From contig CAZHZF010000009.1 of assembly GCA_964536925.1 (NCBI GenBank), forward strand, positions 1,724 through 65,723: 64,000 nucleotides of DNA, written 5' to 3'. This document shows positions 1-7,447 of this stretch, piece by piece. Below the pieces are notes generated by a model. That model saw only the letters and a program-made list of their open reading frames with translations. It made no database searches and was not told the origin of the DNA. A program made the position numbers and the translations under genes. Each line of letters opens with the position of its first letter. Position 1 is the first letter of the stretch. The DNA comes from an uncultured Dehalococcoidales bacterium (GTDB taxonomy: Bacteria; Chloroflexota; UBA6077; FW602-bin22).

Positions 1-975
1 TCCGATCGCATTCGCGAGATCGGCATGGCTAACCCGAGCGATGTCGATGAGGCGCTCGATCGGTCGCAATCCCTGCTGTTCGAACTCGCCCAGAGGCGCA
101 TCTCGCGGCAGTTCACGCCACTGCGGGATGCGCTCCACGAGTTCTTCGATCGGCTCGACGAGTTGCAGAATCGGCGCGGCGACCTCATCGGGCTCCCGAC
201 TGGCTTCATCGAGCTCGATCGGATCACTGGCGGCCTGCACGATGGAGACCTGATCATCCTGGCGGCCCGCCCCTCGATGGGCAAGAGCGCGCTCGGATTC
301 AACATCGCCCGCAACTGCGCCGCAGCCTCGCACGGTGTCCTTGTCTTCAGCCTGGAGATGTCGATCGAGCAGATCGTCCAGCGCATGATCTGTAGCGAGG
401 CATCCGTCGACGCCCAGCGCCTACGCCAGGGGTATATCGACGACGGCGAGTGGCGGCGCATCAGCGAGGCCTTCGGCACACTCTCGGAGTCGCCCATCTG
501 GTTCGACGATACGCCGGCCCTCTCCACCACCGAGATGCGCATGAAGGCACGTCGGCTGAAGTCGGAGCACGATATCCAACTCGTCGTCGTGGACTACATC
601 CAGTTGATGCGTGGGCGCGGGCTCGAGAACCGGGTGCAGGAAGTCGGCGAGATCTCAAGGAGTCTGAAGGAGCTGGCGCGCGACCTGAAGGTGCCCGTAC
701 TGGCACTCTCCCAGCTGTCGCGCGCAGTGGAATCGCGGCAAGATCATCGACCCGTGCTGTCCGACCTGCGAGAGTCCGGATCGATCGAGCAGGACGCCGA
801 CCTCGTGATGTTCATCCATCGCGAGGAGATGTACGATCGCCAGACCGAGAGGAAGAACCTCGCCGAGATCATCATCGCGAAGCATCGGAACGGCCCGGTC
901 GGAGGCTTCAACCTGCGGTTCTTCCCGAATCAGGTGAAGTTTGGCGATCTCGAGTCGTACCGCCAGCCGAACTGA
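1..975 (+). CDS. dnaB: Replicative DNA helicase DnaB, C-terminal RecA-like domain (5' end cut by window edge)
   Basis: Frame 1 is open from nt 1. Walker A 'ARPSMGKSALGFN', 'LVVVDYIQLM', 'SQLSRAVESR' and 'GSIEQDADLVMFIHRE' are canonical DnaB motifs. Stop TGA 973-975. Confidence 0.92.
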   Translation, partial: SDRIREIGMANPSDVDEALDRSQSLLFELAQRRISRQFTPLRDALHEFFDRLDELQNRRGDLIGLPTGFIELDRITGGLHDGDLIILAARPSMGKSALGFNIARNCAAASHGVLVFSLEMSIEQIVQRMICSEASVDAQRLRQGYIDDGEWRRISEAFGTLSESPIWFDDTPALSTTEMRMKARRLKSEHDIQLVVVDYIQLMRGRGLENRVQEVGEISRSLKELARDLKVPVLALSQLSRAVESRQDHRPVLSDLRESGSIEQDADLVMFIHREEMYDRQTERKNLAEIIIAKHRNGPVGGFNLRFFPNQVKFGDLESYRQPN

Positions 976-1633
976 TCGGACGTCGGTGTCCGGCCCGGAA
1001 TCCACGATCTCGCTGCCGACCAGGTTGCTCGCCGAGGTTGTGCCCACTCTCGATCAGGCGGAATTACGAGTCCTGCTGGCTCTCTACGTGCGGGGGGTCG
1101 GCGCGCCCGGCGGCCAGAGCGCGGTCGATGATCTGCAGGGCGACACGAGTCTGCTGCAGTCGCTGGCGCGCGATAGCCCTGTGGCGGCGAGGGAAGCGGT
1201 GCATCGTGCGATCGATCGACTGCTCGCGCGCGGCATCCTCGCCTATGCGGACGAAACGCGACACCACCTCAGGCTCAGAGCCACTGCCAGCGTCGTTCCC
1301 GGGGCCATCCTCGCAACCGGGGATGAGCAGGCGAAACGCGCGCTCGTCGCGCGACTCTATGAGGAGAACATCGGCCTCCTGCAGCCCATCATCGTCGAAG
1401 AACTGCACGCGGCCGCCCGACTCTACCCCGAACCCTGGATCGTCGAGGCGTTCGCCGAGGCCGCCCGGTACAATAGGCGCAACTGGCGTTATGTTCGGCG
1501 AATCCTCGAGCGGTGGGCGACGCAGGGGCGGGGGCCCGCTGCGACTGGGGCAGGCACTTCCGCGACTGCAACCGCCCGCCCAGCCGGGTGGGTTCAGACC
1601 TACCGAAGAGGCGAACATCTGCCCGATCTGTAA
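941..1633 (+). CDS. DnaD-domain (DnaB_2) replication/primosome organiser-like protein
   Basis: 'LYEENIGLLQPIIVEELHAAARLYPEPWIVEAFAEAARYNRRNWRYVRRILERWATQG' fits the DnaD-domain signature as I remember it. ATG 941 overlaps dnaB by 35 nt; the alternative GTG 986 lies 10 nt after the dnaB stop. Confidence 0.7.
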   Translation: MAISSRTASRTDRTSVSGPESTISLPTRLLAEVVPTLDQAELRVLLALYVRGVGAPGGQSAVDDLQGDTSLLQSLARDSPVAAREAVHRAIDRLLARGILAYADETRHHLRLRATASVVPGAILATGDEQAKRALVARLYEENIGLLQPIIVEELHAAARLYPEPWIVEAFAEAARYNRRNWRYVRRILERWATQGRGPAATGAGTSATATARPAGWVQTYRRGEHLPDL

Positions 1634-2321
1634 GGGCGCGGGCTGGATGCGCTGGGATGTTCCCGTTGGCGACCCGAACTTCGGTCGGGCGTTCATGTGC
1701 GAGTGCCTCAGCAAGGATGTCGCGGTGCGTAACCTGGCCGGTCTGCGCCTGCGCTCGAACCTGGACGCCCTGCAGCACCTGACGTTCGAGACCTTCGACG
1801 CCACCATTCCGGGCGTCGCCGACGCGCTCGCCGCCGCGCGAGAGTTCATCACCGACACGCGTGGGTGGCTGGTGCTGTACGGCGGCTTCGGCGTGGGAAA
1901 GACGCACCTCGCCGCGGCGATCGCACATGCACTCGTCGAGCGCGGTACACCGATACTCTTCCAGGTCGTTCCGGTCCTGCTCACCGAGATGCGCGCGGCC
2001 TTCAATCCCGCAACCGATGTCGCACTGCGAGACCTGGTGAACTCCGTCATGCGCGTGCAGGTCCTGATCCTCGACGACTTCGGCGAGGAGTACGACACCC
2101 CCTGGGTGCGCGAGCAACTCTTTCTGTTGCTCAACCACCGTTACAACCATCGCCTGCCGACCGTGATCACGACGAATCGGCCGCTGGAAGCCATCGATCA
2201 GCGCATTTGCTCGCGCATGATGGACCGTTCGCTCTCCCGCACCGTGGCTGTTGGCGCGGCAGACTATCGCCAGCGTCCCCTCAGCGCCCGTCGCCCGACG
2301 CGAGGACGCTCCCCTCGCTGA
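1491..2321 (+). CDS. DnaC/DnaI-like AAA+ helicase loader (IstB-like ATPase) with N-terminal CxxCxGxG...CxC zinc motif
   Basis: C-terminal part of track ORF 450..2321. Motifs: 'CPICKGAGW...CEC', Walker A 'GGFGVGKTHLAAA', Walker B 'VLILDDFG', 'TTN' sensor. Only the last ~276 aa look like protein. The ATG 1491 start is uncertain and overlaps the DnaD-like gene. Confidence 0.75.
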   Translation: MFGESSSGGRRRGGGPLRLGQALPRLQPPAQPGGFRPTEEANICPICKGAGWMRWDVPVGDPNFGRAFMCECLSKDVAVRNLAGLRLRSNLDALQHLTFETFDATIPGVADALAAAREFITDTRGWLVLYGGFGVGKTHLAAAIAHALVERGTPILFQVVPVLLTEMRAAFNPATDVALRDLVNSVMRVQVLILDDFGEEYDTPWVREQLFLLLNHRYNHRLPTVITTNRPLEAIDQRICSRMMDRSLSRTVAVGAADYRQRPLSARRPTRGRSPR

Positions 2322-3090
2322 CGAGGCGGGTGTCCCCGTCGGGGAGGCGCACGAGAAGCGCGCCGGCTCGATCGACATCCTCGGCGACCCCGCGAAGAAG
2401 CGTTCCCCCGGGAACCTCGATGGTGACGAGCCGCCCGATCGTCACGAGGCGATCGCGCCAGTGTTGCTGCGTGCGCTCTGGCGCAGTGCGCCACTCCTCG
2501 ATTCTGTAGGAAAGGCTATCGAGCAGGCTCGCCGCGAGATGCGCCCGATCGACCCCAGAACTGCTGGCGAGCCGCAGACTGGTCGCCGGGAACGCGGCAC
2601 GCGCCGGCAGATCACTCAACTCCTGATGGACGTTGATGCCGATGCCGACAATCGCGCGGGCGTGCCCAAAATCCGTCTGGCGGTTCTCGACCAGAACGCC
2701 CGAGACCTTGCGCCCGCCCAGCAACACATCATTCGGCCACTTGAGCGTCGCGGCCAGACCAGTCACCTTCCAGATCGCGTCGCAGACGGCAAGCGCCGGG
2801 GCCGGGGCCAGCCCTGTCAGTGGGCCGTCACTCGCGACCATCAGGGAGAGGAGGATCGACGATCCAGGCGGCGCGACCCACGCGCGGCCACGGCGTCCTC
2901 GACCGGCGCGCTGCTCGTTGGCGAAGACAGCCACGCTTTCGCAGTCGAGCCGCCAGATGACATCGCTCGTTGACCCGACGCCGGCGAGGACCACCACGCG
3001 CCAGTGCGTCCGCAGATGGGATCGAATGCGCCGTGCATGAAAAGAGCCGAGGGAACCTTTCGGCTCCCCCGGCTCAGTGTTGCCGAGCAA
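2281..3090 (-). CDS. birA: Biotin--[acetyl-CoA-carboxylase] ligase, class I (no N-terminal HTH)
   Basis: 'GVGSTSD', 'ANEQRAGRGRRGR.W' (GRGRxGR biotin-binding loop) and 'LKWPNDVL..GRKVSGVL' are present. The only in-frame canonical start upstream of the conserved core is TTG 3090. Confidence 0.85.
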   Translation of the reverse strand: MLGNTEPGEPKGSLGSFHARRIRSHLRTHWRVVVLAGVGSTSDVIWRLDCESVAVFANEQRAGRGRRGRAWVAPPGSSILLSLMVASDGPLTGLAPAPALAVCDAIWKVTGLAATLKWPNDVLLGGRKVSGVLVENRQTDFGHARAIVGIGINVHQELSDLPARAAFPATSLRLASSSGVDRAHLAASLLDSLSYRIEEWRTAPERTQQHWRDRLVTIGRLVTIEVPGGTLLRGVAEDVDRAGALLVRLPDGDTRLVSEGSVLASGDGR

Positions 3091-3180
3091 CAGAGCTCAG
3101 CGTTCTCCGCCAAACCTGACCGTGGGTCTAGGTCCCCACACCCCCTGTGGCGATATGGGACGCTCTGTTGCTCGGGCAAC
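3079..3180 (-). promoter_or_regulatory. 18-bp imperfect inverted repeat (arms 3079-3096 and 3162-3180, one bulged G) spanning the birA start codon
   Basis: gttgccgagcaacagagc (3079-3096) versus gctctgttgctcgggcaac (3162-3180), read directly from the sequence. The arm at 3079-3096 contains TTG 3090-3088 (minus strand). Confidence 0.6.
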
Positions 3181-3196
3181 TACTACTGTCCTTCAA
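3128..3196 (-). CDS. Candidate 22-codon leader ORF (MKDSSSCPSNRASHIATGGVGT) upstream of birA
   Basis: Minus strand carries AAAGGAGGTG (GGAGG 3209-3205) 8 nt before TTG 3196, with TAG stop at 3130-3128. It is out of frame with birA and contains the 5' arm of the helix. Confidence 0.3.
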   Translation of the reverse strand: MKDSSSCPSNRASHIATGGVGT

Positions 3197-3226
3197 ACGC
3201 ACCACCTCCTTTCGACACCGAGCGGC

Positions 3227-3255
3227 ATCCTATCACGGCACCTCCGGGTCGTCAA
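3227..3255 (-). promoter_or_regulatory. Sigma70-like promoter for the birA leader
   Basis: Minus strand TTGACG (3255-3250), 17-nt spacer, TAGGAT (3232-3227), about 15-20 nt upstream of the strong SD. Confidence 0.45.
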
Positions 3256-3346
3256 CGCGTATGTGCTCGCGAGAGATCCCGAGCCGGACGCGCGGTATGA
3301 TCCACACCGGGGCGAACACCGCCGTACTGGCCGGACCTTCGTCACC

Positions 3347-3375
3347 TTGACAGTGCCAGTACCCGTGAATACGAT
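3347..3375 (+). promoter_or_regulatory. Sigma70-like promoter for the ferredoxin gene
   Basis: TTGACA (3347-3352), 17-nt spacer, TACGAT (3370-3375). A GAGGAG SD follows, just before GTG 3403. Confidence 0.45.
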
Positions 3376-3402
3376 GGGCGCCAATCCCCCGAGGAGCGGC
3401 CC

Positions 3403-3645
3403 GTGACCTACGTCATCTGCGAGCCCTGCATCAACACCAAGGACGCTTCCTGCGTGGATGTCTGCCCGGTCGACTGCATCCACTCTTCCGACGCGGATAC
3501 GCAGTACTTCATCGATCCGGACGAGTGCATCGACTGTGGCGCGTGCGAGCCGGCGTGTCCGGTGAGCGCGATCTTTCCCGAGGACTCCGTACCGGACAAC
3601 TGGAAGTCGTTCGTCACCCTGAACGCGGACTACTTCAAGAAGTAG
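3403..3645 (+). CDS. fdxA: 7Fe (3Fe-4S/4Fe-4S) ferredoxin, FdxA type
   Basis: 'MTYVI.EPC...KD.SCV.VCPVDCI' and 'IDPDECIDCGACEPACPVSAIF.ED.VP' are collinear with actinobacterial/Thermus FdxA. Confidence 0.9.
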   Translation: MTYVICEPCINTKDASCVDVCPVDCIHSSDADTQYFIDPDECIDCGACEPACPVSAIFPEDSVPDNWKSFVTLNADYFKK

Positions 3646-3652
3646 CCTGCAT

Positions 3653-3685
3653 CCGGTCGCGCCCCCTTAACGTCGGGCCGACCGG
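3653..3685 (+). terminator. GC-rich hairpin after the ferredoxin gene (weak or no U-tract)
   Basis: ccggtcg(c)gccc - loop ccttaacgtc - gggccgaccgg. Only a distant 'ttctta' follows. Confidence 0.3.
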
Positions 3686-3729
3686 GGACCCGCCGGTTCT
3701 TATCCTGGAGCGTCGATAAACCGTGGCCG

Positions 3730-5040
3730 ATGCAGGCTGGAGAGGCGGCGCCCGCCGAGGCTGAGGGCAGTTTCGGCAGCGTCCTCCGAAACCGGTCGTT
3801 CCTCGCGCTCTGGCTGGCGCAGGTCCTATCTCAGATCGCCGACAACATCGTCTACTTCACGTTGCTCGTTGAGGTCTATCGGCGAACCGAATCGAACGCG
3901 GCGGTCAGCGCGCTCGTGCTCGTCTTCACCGTGCCGGCCCTCACGTTCGGACTGCTGGCCGGGGTCCTGGTCGATCGAGTCGACAAGAGGCTCGTGCTGC
4001 TCGGGAGCAATCTCGGTCGAGCGTTGGTCGGTCTGGTGCTCGTTCTCGCACCGGGCTCCTTCGGCGCGCTTCTCGCACTCGGGTTCGTCGCTTCGATCTT
4101 CCGCCAGTTCTTCATGCCCGCCGAGGCCGCGGCTCTACCGCGTATCCTGCAGCCGAAAGACCTGCTGCCGGCCAACGCGCTATTCACGTTGACCTACAAC
4201 GCCTCGTTCATTGTGGGCTTCGCCGGCGCAGGTCCCCTGCTGAAGTTTGCCGGCACGGATAGCGCCTACTTGATTTCGACGATCCTCTTCGCGGCCGCCA
4301 CCGGGCTCTGCCTGGCACTGCCGATCATCGTCCCCGAGACGCAAAATGTGGTGCAGCGCACCACCGTCCGCGCGATCGGCTTGATCGCCCGAGAATTGCG
4401 GGAGGGGTGGGCGTTTCTACGTTCCAGCCGCGAGACAACGCGCACCATGCTTCAACTGGCATTCGCCTGGTCACTCTCGGGCATCACTGCCGCCGTCGCC
4501 CCAGGGTACGCATCCACCGTCCTCGGCCTGTCGGAGGAGGACGCCTTCTATCTGATCTTCCCGGCCGGGTGCGGCGTCATCCTCGGCTCGATCATGGTTG
4601 GCCGCTTCGGCCGTCACGCCCAACCGCACTTGCTGATCGCCGCGGGGTTCGTCGGTATCGGCCTCGCGACAATTCTGCTGTCGAGCTATCGCCGTATCCT
4701 CGACCTGCTGCTCGTGCAATTCCCGGCAGCCGGATCGATCGACCTGCATCCGGGCGGCCTCCCCGGCTTCCTCATCGTGGTGATGGGCCTCTCCGCCTGC
4801 CTCGGCCTCGCGAACGCAGCGACGGTGATCCCGGCGAACACCGCACTGCAGCGTGGGACGCCAGACGACCTCCGCGGCCGAGTCTTCTCGGTGCTCAACG
4901 CGCTGGGGAACACCGGGTCGACCGCGCCGATCCTGATCGTAGGCATCGCTGCAGACCTGATCGGCATGCGCTATCTGCTATTGGGGATCGGTATCACAGT
5001 GCTGGTCGTCGGGCTGGTCAGCCTACGGCGACCGCGTTGA
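3730..5040 (+). CDS. MFS transporter
   Basis: About 12 hydrophobic segments and the loop motif 'LLAGVLVDRVDKRLVLL'. 436 aa. Confidence 0.8.
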   Translation: MQAGEAAPAEAEGSFGSVLRNRSFLALWLAQVLSQIADNIVYFTLLVEVYRRTESNAAVSALVLVFTVPALTFGLLAGVLVDRVDKRLVLLGSNLGRALVGLVLVLAPGSFGALLALGFVASIFRQFFMPAEAAALPRILQPKDLLPANALFTLTYNASFIVGFAGAGPLLKFAGTDSAYLISTILFAAATGLCLALPIIVPETQNVVQRTTVRAIGLIARELREGWAFLRSSRETTRTMLQLAFAWSLSGITAAVAPGYASTVLGLSEEDAFYLIFPAGCGVILGSIMVGRFGRHAQPHLLIAAGFVGIGLATILLSSYRRILDLLLVQFPAAGSIDLHPGGLPGFLIVVMGLSACLGLANAATVIPANTALQRGTPDDLRGRVFSVLNALGNTGSTAPILIVGIAADLIGMRYLLLGIGITVLVVGLVSLRRPR

Positions 5041-5085
5041 CACACCTGTAAGGCGCACATACCATACCCGAGCCCTCCCCCGGCC

Positions 5086-6300
5086 ATGGTTGGCGCGAGG
5101 CGCGTGGAGCGACACCTGGATCTCTTCGACAAGATCGCACGGCTGACCAGGCCGCAGCAGGCACAGGCGGGCGGTTTCTATCCCTACTTCGTGCCGATCG
5201 ATTCGCCATCGGGTCCAGAGGTGATCATCGATGGCAAGCCAACGATCATGCTCGGGTCGAACAATTACCTGGGGCTCACGCAGCATCCACACGTCGTGGC
5301 TGCCGCGCATCGCGCGATCGACCGATACGGAACGGGATGCACCGGGTCGCGGCTTCTGAATGGAACGCTCACGCTCCACCAGGAACTCGAAACAAGGCTG
5401 GCGCGGTTCATGGGCACCGAGGCAGCCCTTGTCTTCACGACCGGGTTCCAGGTCAATCTCGGGGTGGTCTCCTCGCTCGTGGGGCGCAACGACGTTCTGA
5501 TCCTCGATCGATCCGATCATGCGAGCATCGTGGACGGCGCACGTCTGGCGTTCGGCCGCACGCTCCGATATCCACACAACGACATGGCGGTCCTCGAGCG
5601 GCTGCTGATCGAGCATCACGGGAAGTCGGGCATTCTGATCGTCGTGGACGGGGTCTTCTCCATGGAGGGGGACATCGCCCGACTGCCGGAGATCGTGCGG
5701 TTGGCGCGGAAGTACGGTGCCCGGGTGATGGTGGATGACGCCCACGGGGTTGGCGTCCTCGGCGCGGGCGGGCGCGGAACAGCCGAGCACTTCGGCCTCC
5801 AGGACCAGGTCGACCTGATCATGGGGACGTTCAGCAAGTCTTTCGCGTCCACGGGCGGTTTCATCGCCGGTACGGCCGAGGTGATCTATTTCATCAAGCA
5901 CAGCGCCCGGGCGTTTCTCTTCTCGGCCAGCATCCCGCCCGCCAGTGCCGCAGCCGCGCTGGCCGCGCTCGATGTGATCGAGACCGAGCCGGAGCGGCGT
6001 ACGACGCTCTGGGCGAACGCTCATCGCATGAAGGCGGAGCTCACGGGGATGGGGTTCGATACCGGCGTGAGCGAGACCCCGATCATCCCCATCGTCGTCG
6101 GCGAGGAGTTCCGACTCGCCCAGTTCTGGAAGTGCGTGTTCGAGAAGGGTGTGTTCGTGAACGCGGCGATCACGCCGGCCGTCGAACCTGGCCACGCTCT
6201 ACTGCGCACCAGCTATATGGCCACGCACCAGGATCATCACCTGGACCGCGCCCTGACTGTGTTCCGCGAGGCTGGCAGAGAGTTCGGGCTCATCTCCTGA
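5086..6300 (+). CDS. PLP-dependent alpha-oxoamine synthase, serine-palmitoyltransferase-like branch (BioF/Kbl not excluded)
   Basis: 'LGSNNYLGL', 'GSRLLNGT', 'DRSDHASIVDG', 'VDDAHGVG', PLP-lysine motif 'GTFSKSFAS', 'LLRTSYMATH'. Confidence 0.85.
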   Translation: MVGARRVERHLDLFDKIARLTRPQQAQAGGFYPYFVPIDSPSGPEVIIDGKPTIMLGSNNYLGLTQHPHVVAAAHRAIDRYGTGCTGSRLLNGTLTLHQELETRLARFMGTEAALVFTTGFQVNLGVVSSLVGRNDVLILDRSDHASIVDGARLAFGRTLRYPHNDMAVLERLLIEHHGKSGILIVVDGVFSMEGDIARLPEIVRLARKYGARVMVDDAHGVGVLGAGGRGTAEHFGLQDQVDLIMGTFSKSFASTGGFIAGTAEVIYFIKHSARAFLFSASIPPASAAAALAALDVIETEPERRTTLWANAHRMKAELTGMGFDTGVSETPIIPIVVGEEFRLAQFWKCVFEKGVFVNAAITPAVEPGHALLRTSYMATHQDHHLDRALTVFREAGREFGLIS

Positions 6301-6310
6301 GGGAGCCGAC

Positions 6311-7444
6311 GTGCGGGCGCTGATCCTCATGGCGGACACCGGCGGCGGCCATCGCGCCGTCAGCAGGGCTCTGGCCGACAGTCTCGCCCGACAGCACCGT
6401 GAGGGAGTCGCGGTCTCCATCGTCGATCCCCTCGCACGAACCCGTCGCGGCCTTGTGCGCCAGATCGCCGACCTCTACGGACCGGCGCAGAAGTACGGGC
6501 GCGCGATCTACGGCGCGGTCTTTCGTCTTACCGACTCAGTCGACACGTTCGCGCGCGTCCGAGACGCTCTCGGAGCACCCCTCATCGATACGATCGAGGA
6601 GATCCTCGCCGTCGAGAATCCCGATGTCGTGGTGTTCGCTCACTCTCTCGTCATCAGCCCCGGTCTGGATGCGATCGAGCGCCGGGCGCAGGCAGGGGCG
6701 CGCCGTGTTCGCGACGTCACGATGGTGACCGATCTGGCCACGATCCACGCCAGTTGGTACGACCCTCGCGTCGCCCTCTACTGTGCGCCCACCGATCCAG
6801 TCGCGCGAACCCTGCGTGGGTTCGGTGTGGCCGACGAACGGATCACTCTGACCGGTCTGCCTGTCAACCCGCGCTTCGGCTCGGTAGACACCGAGATACG
6901 CACCCTCCGCACCGCGCTGCGCTTGGTCGGGGACGCCCCGACCGCGCTCCTGATGACGGGGGGCGATGGCAGCGGCCCGGTCGTGCCGCTGGTGACCTCG
7001 CTGTCGCGGGCGCTGCCAGAACTCCAGTTGATCGTCGTCTGCGGACGTAACGAGCGCCTGCGGCGCACGCTCGAGAGCTTCTGCCTGCCACCCCTGGTGC
7101 GGATACTCGGCTTCGTCGACAACGTCCACGAGTTGATGCACGCGTCCGACTTCGTCATCTCCAAGGGTGGCCCTCAGAGCATCTGCGAGGCGCTCGCCTC
7201 CCACCGACCGGTGATCGTGACCGACCTACTCCCGGGCCAGGAGGCGGGAAACGCCGCATATGTGGTGCGGAGCGGGGCCGGATTCTATGCGCCGACGACG
7301 GGAGATGTCCTGACGGCCACCCGACGTCTGCTGTGGGATGATGCATTGCGCGCTCGCCTGAGCGCGGCGGCCGGGGCGGTCAGCTTTCGGGGCACAGCCG
7401 ACCGCGTCGCCAGCCTCATCGCCGGTCAGGCCGTCGCCGCCTGA
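6311..7444 (+). CDS. GT28 glycosyltransferase, MGDG-synthase/UgtP(YpfP)-like glycolipid synthase
   Basis: N-terminus 'ILMADTGGGHRAVSRAL'; C-terminal 'ILGFVDNVHELMHASDFVISKGGPQSICEALASHRPVIV...PGQEAGNA'. GTG start is preceded by GAGGGAG. Confidence 0.8.
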   Translation: MRALILMADTGGGHRAVSRALADSLARQHREGVAVSIVDPLARTRRGLVRQIADLYGPAQKYGRAIYGAVFRLTDSVDTFARVRDALGAPLIDTIEEILAVENPDVVVFAHSLVISPGLDAIERRAQAGARRVRDVTMVTDLATIHASWYDPRVALYCAPTDPVARTLRGFGVADERITLTGLPVNPRFGSVDTEIRTLRTALRLVGDAPTALLMTGGDGSGPVVPLVTSLSRALPELQLIVVCGRNERLRRTLESFCLPPLVRILGFVDNVHELMHASDFVISKGGPQSICEALASHRPVIVTDLLPGQEAGNAAYVVRSGAGFYAPTTGDVLTATRRLLWDDALRARLSAAAGAVSFRGTADRVASLIAGQAVAA

Positions 7445-7447
7445 GCC

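Noticed and set aside
450-2321. A single 623-aa ORF spanning dnaB, the DnaD-like gene and the loader gene
   Set aside because: Only the last ~276 aa show protein-like motifs (zinc motif, Walker A/B). The first ~350 aa are R/P/S/G-rich read-through in an alternative frame of dnaB and the DnaD-like gene, a typical high-GC artefact.
3199-3213. The + strand 'accacctcctttcg' resembles the 3' end of 16S rRNA
   Set aside because: There is no flanking rRNA-like sequence. It is the complement of a strong Shine-Dalgarno on the minus strand (AAAGGAGGTG) serving the leader ORF.
5086-6300. Calling this gene bioF because birA is ~2 kb upstream
   Set aside because: It is not adjacent to or co-oriented with birA, no bioA/D/B genes are nearby, and the motifs look SPT-like. 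BioF or Kbl remains the main alternative and is flagged in the finding.
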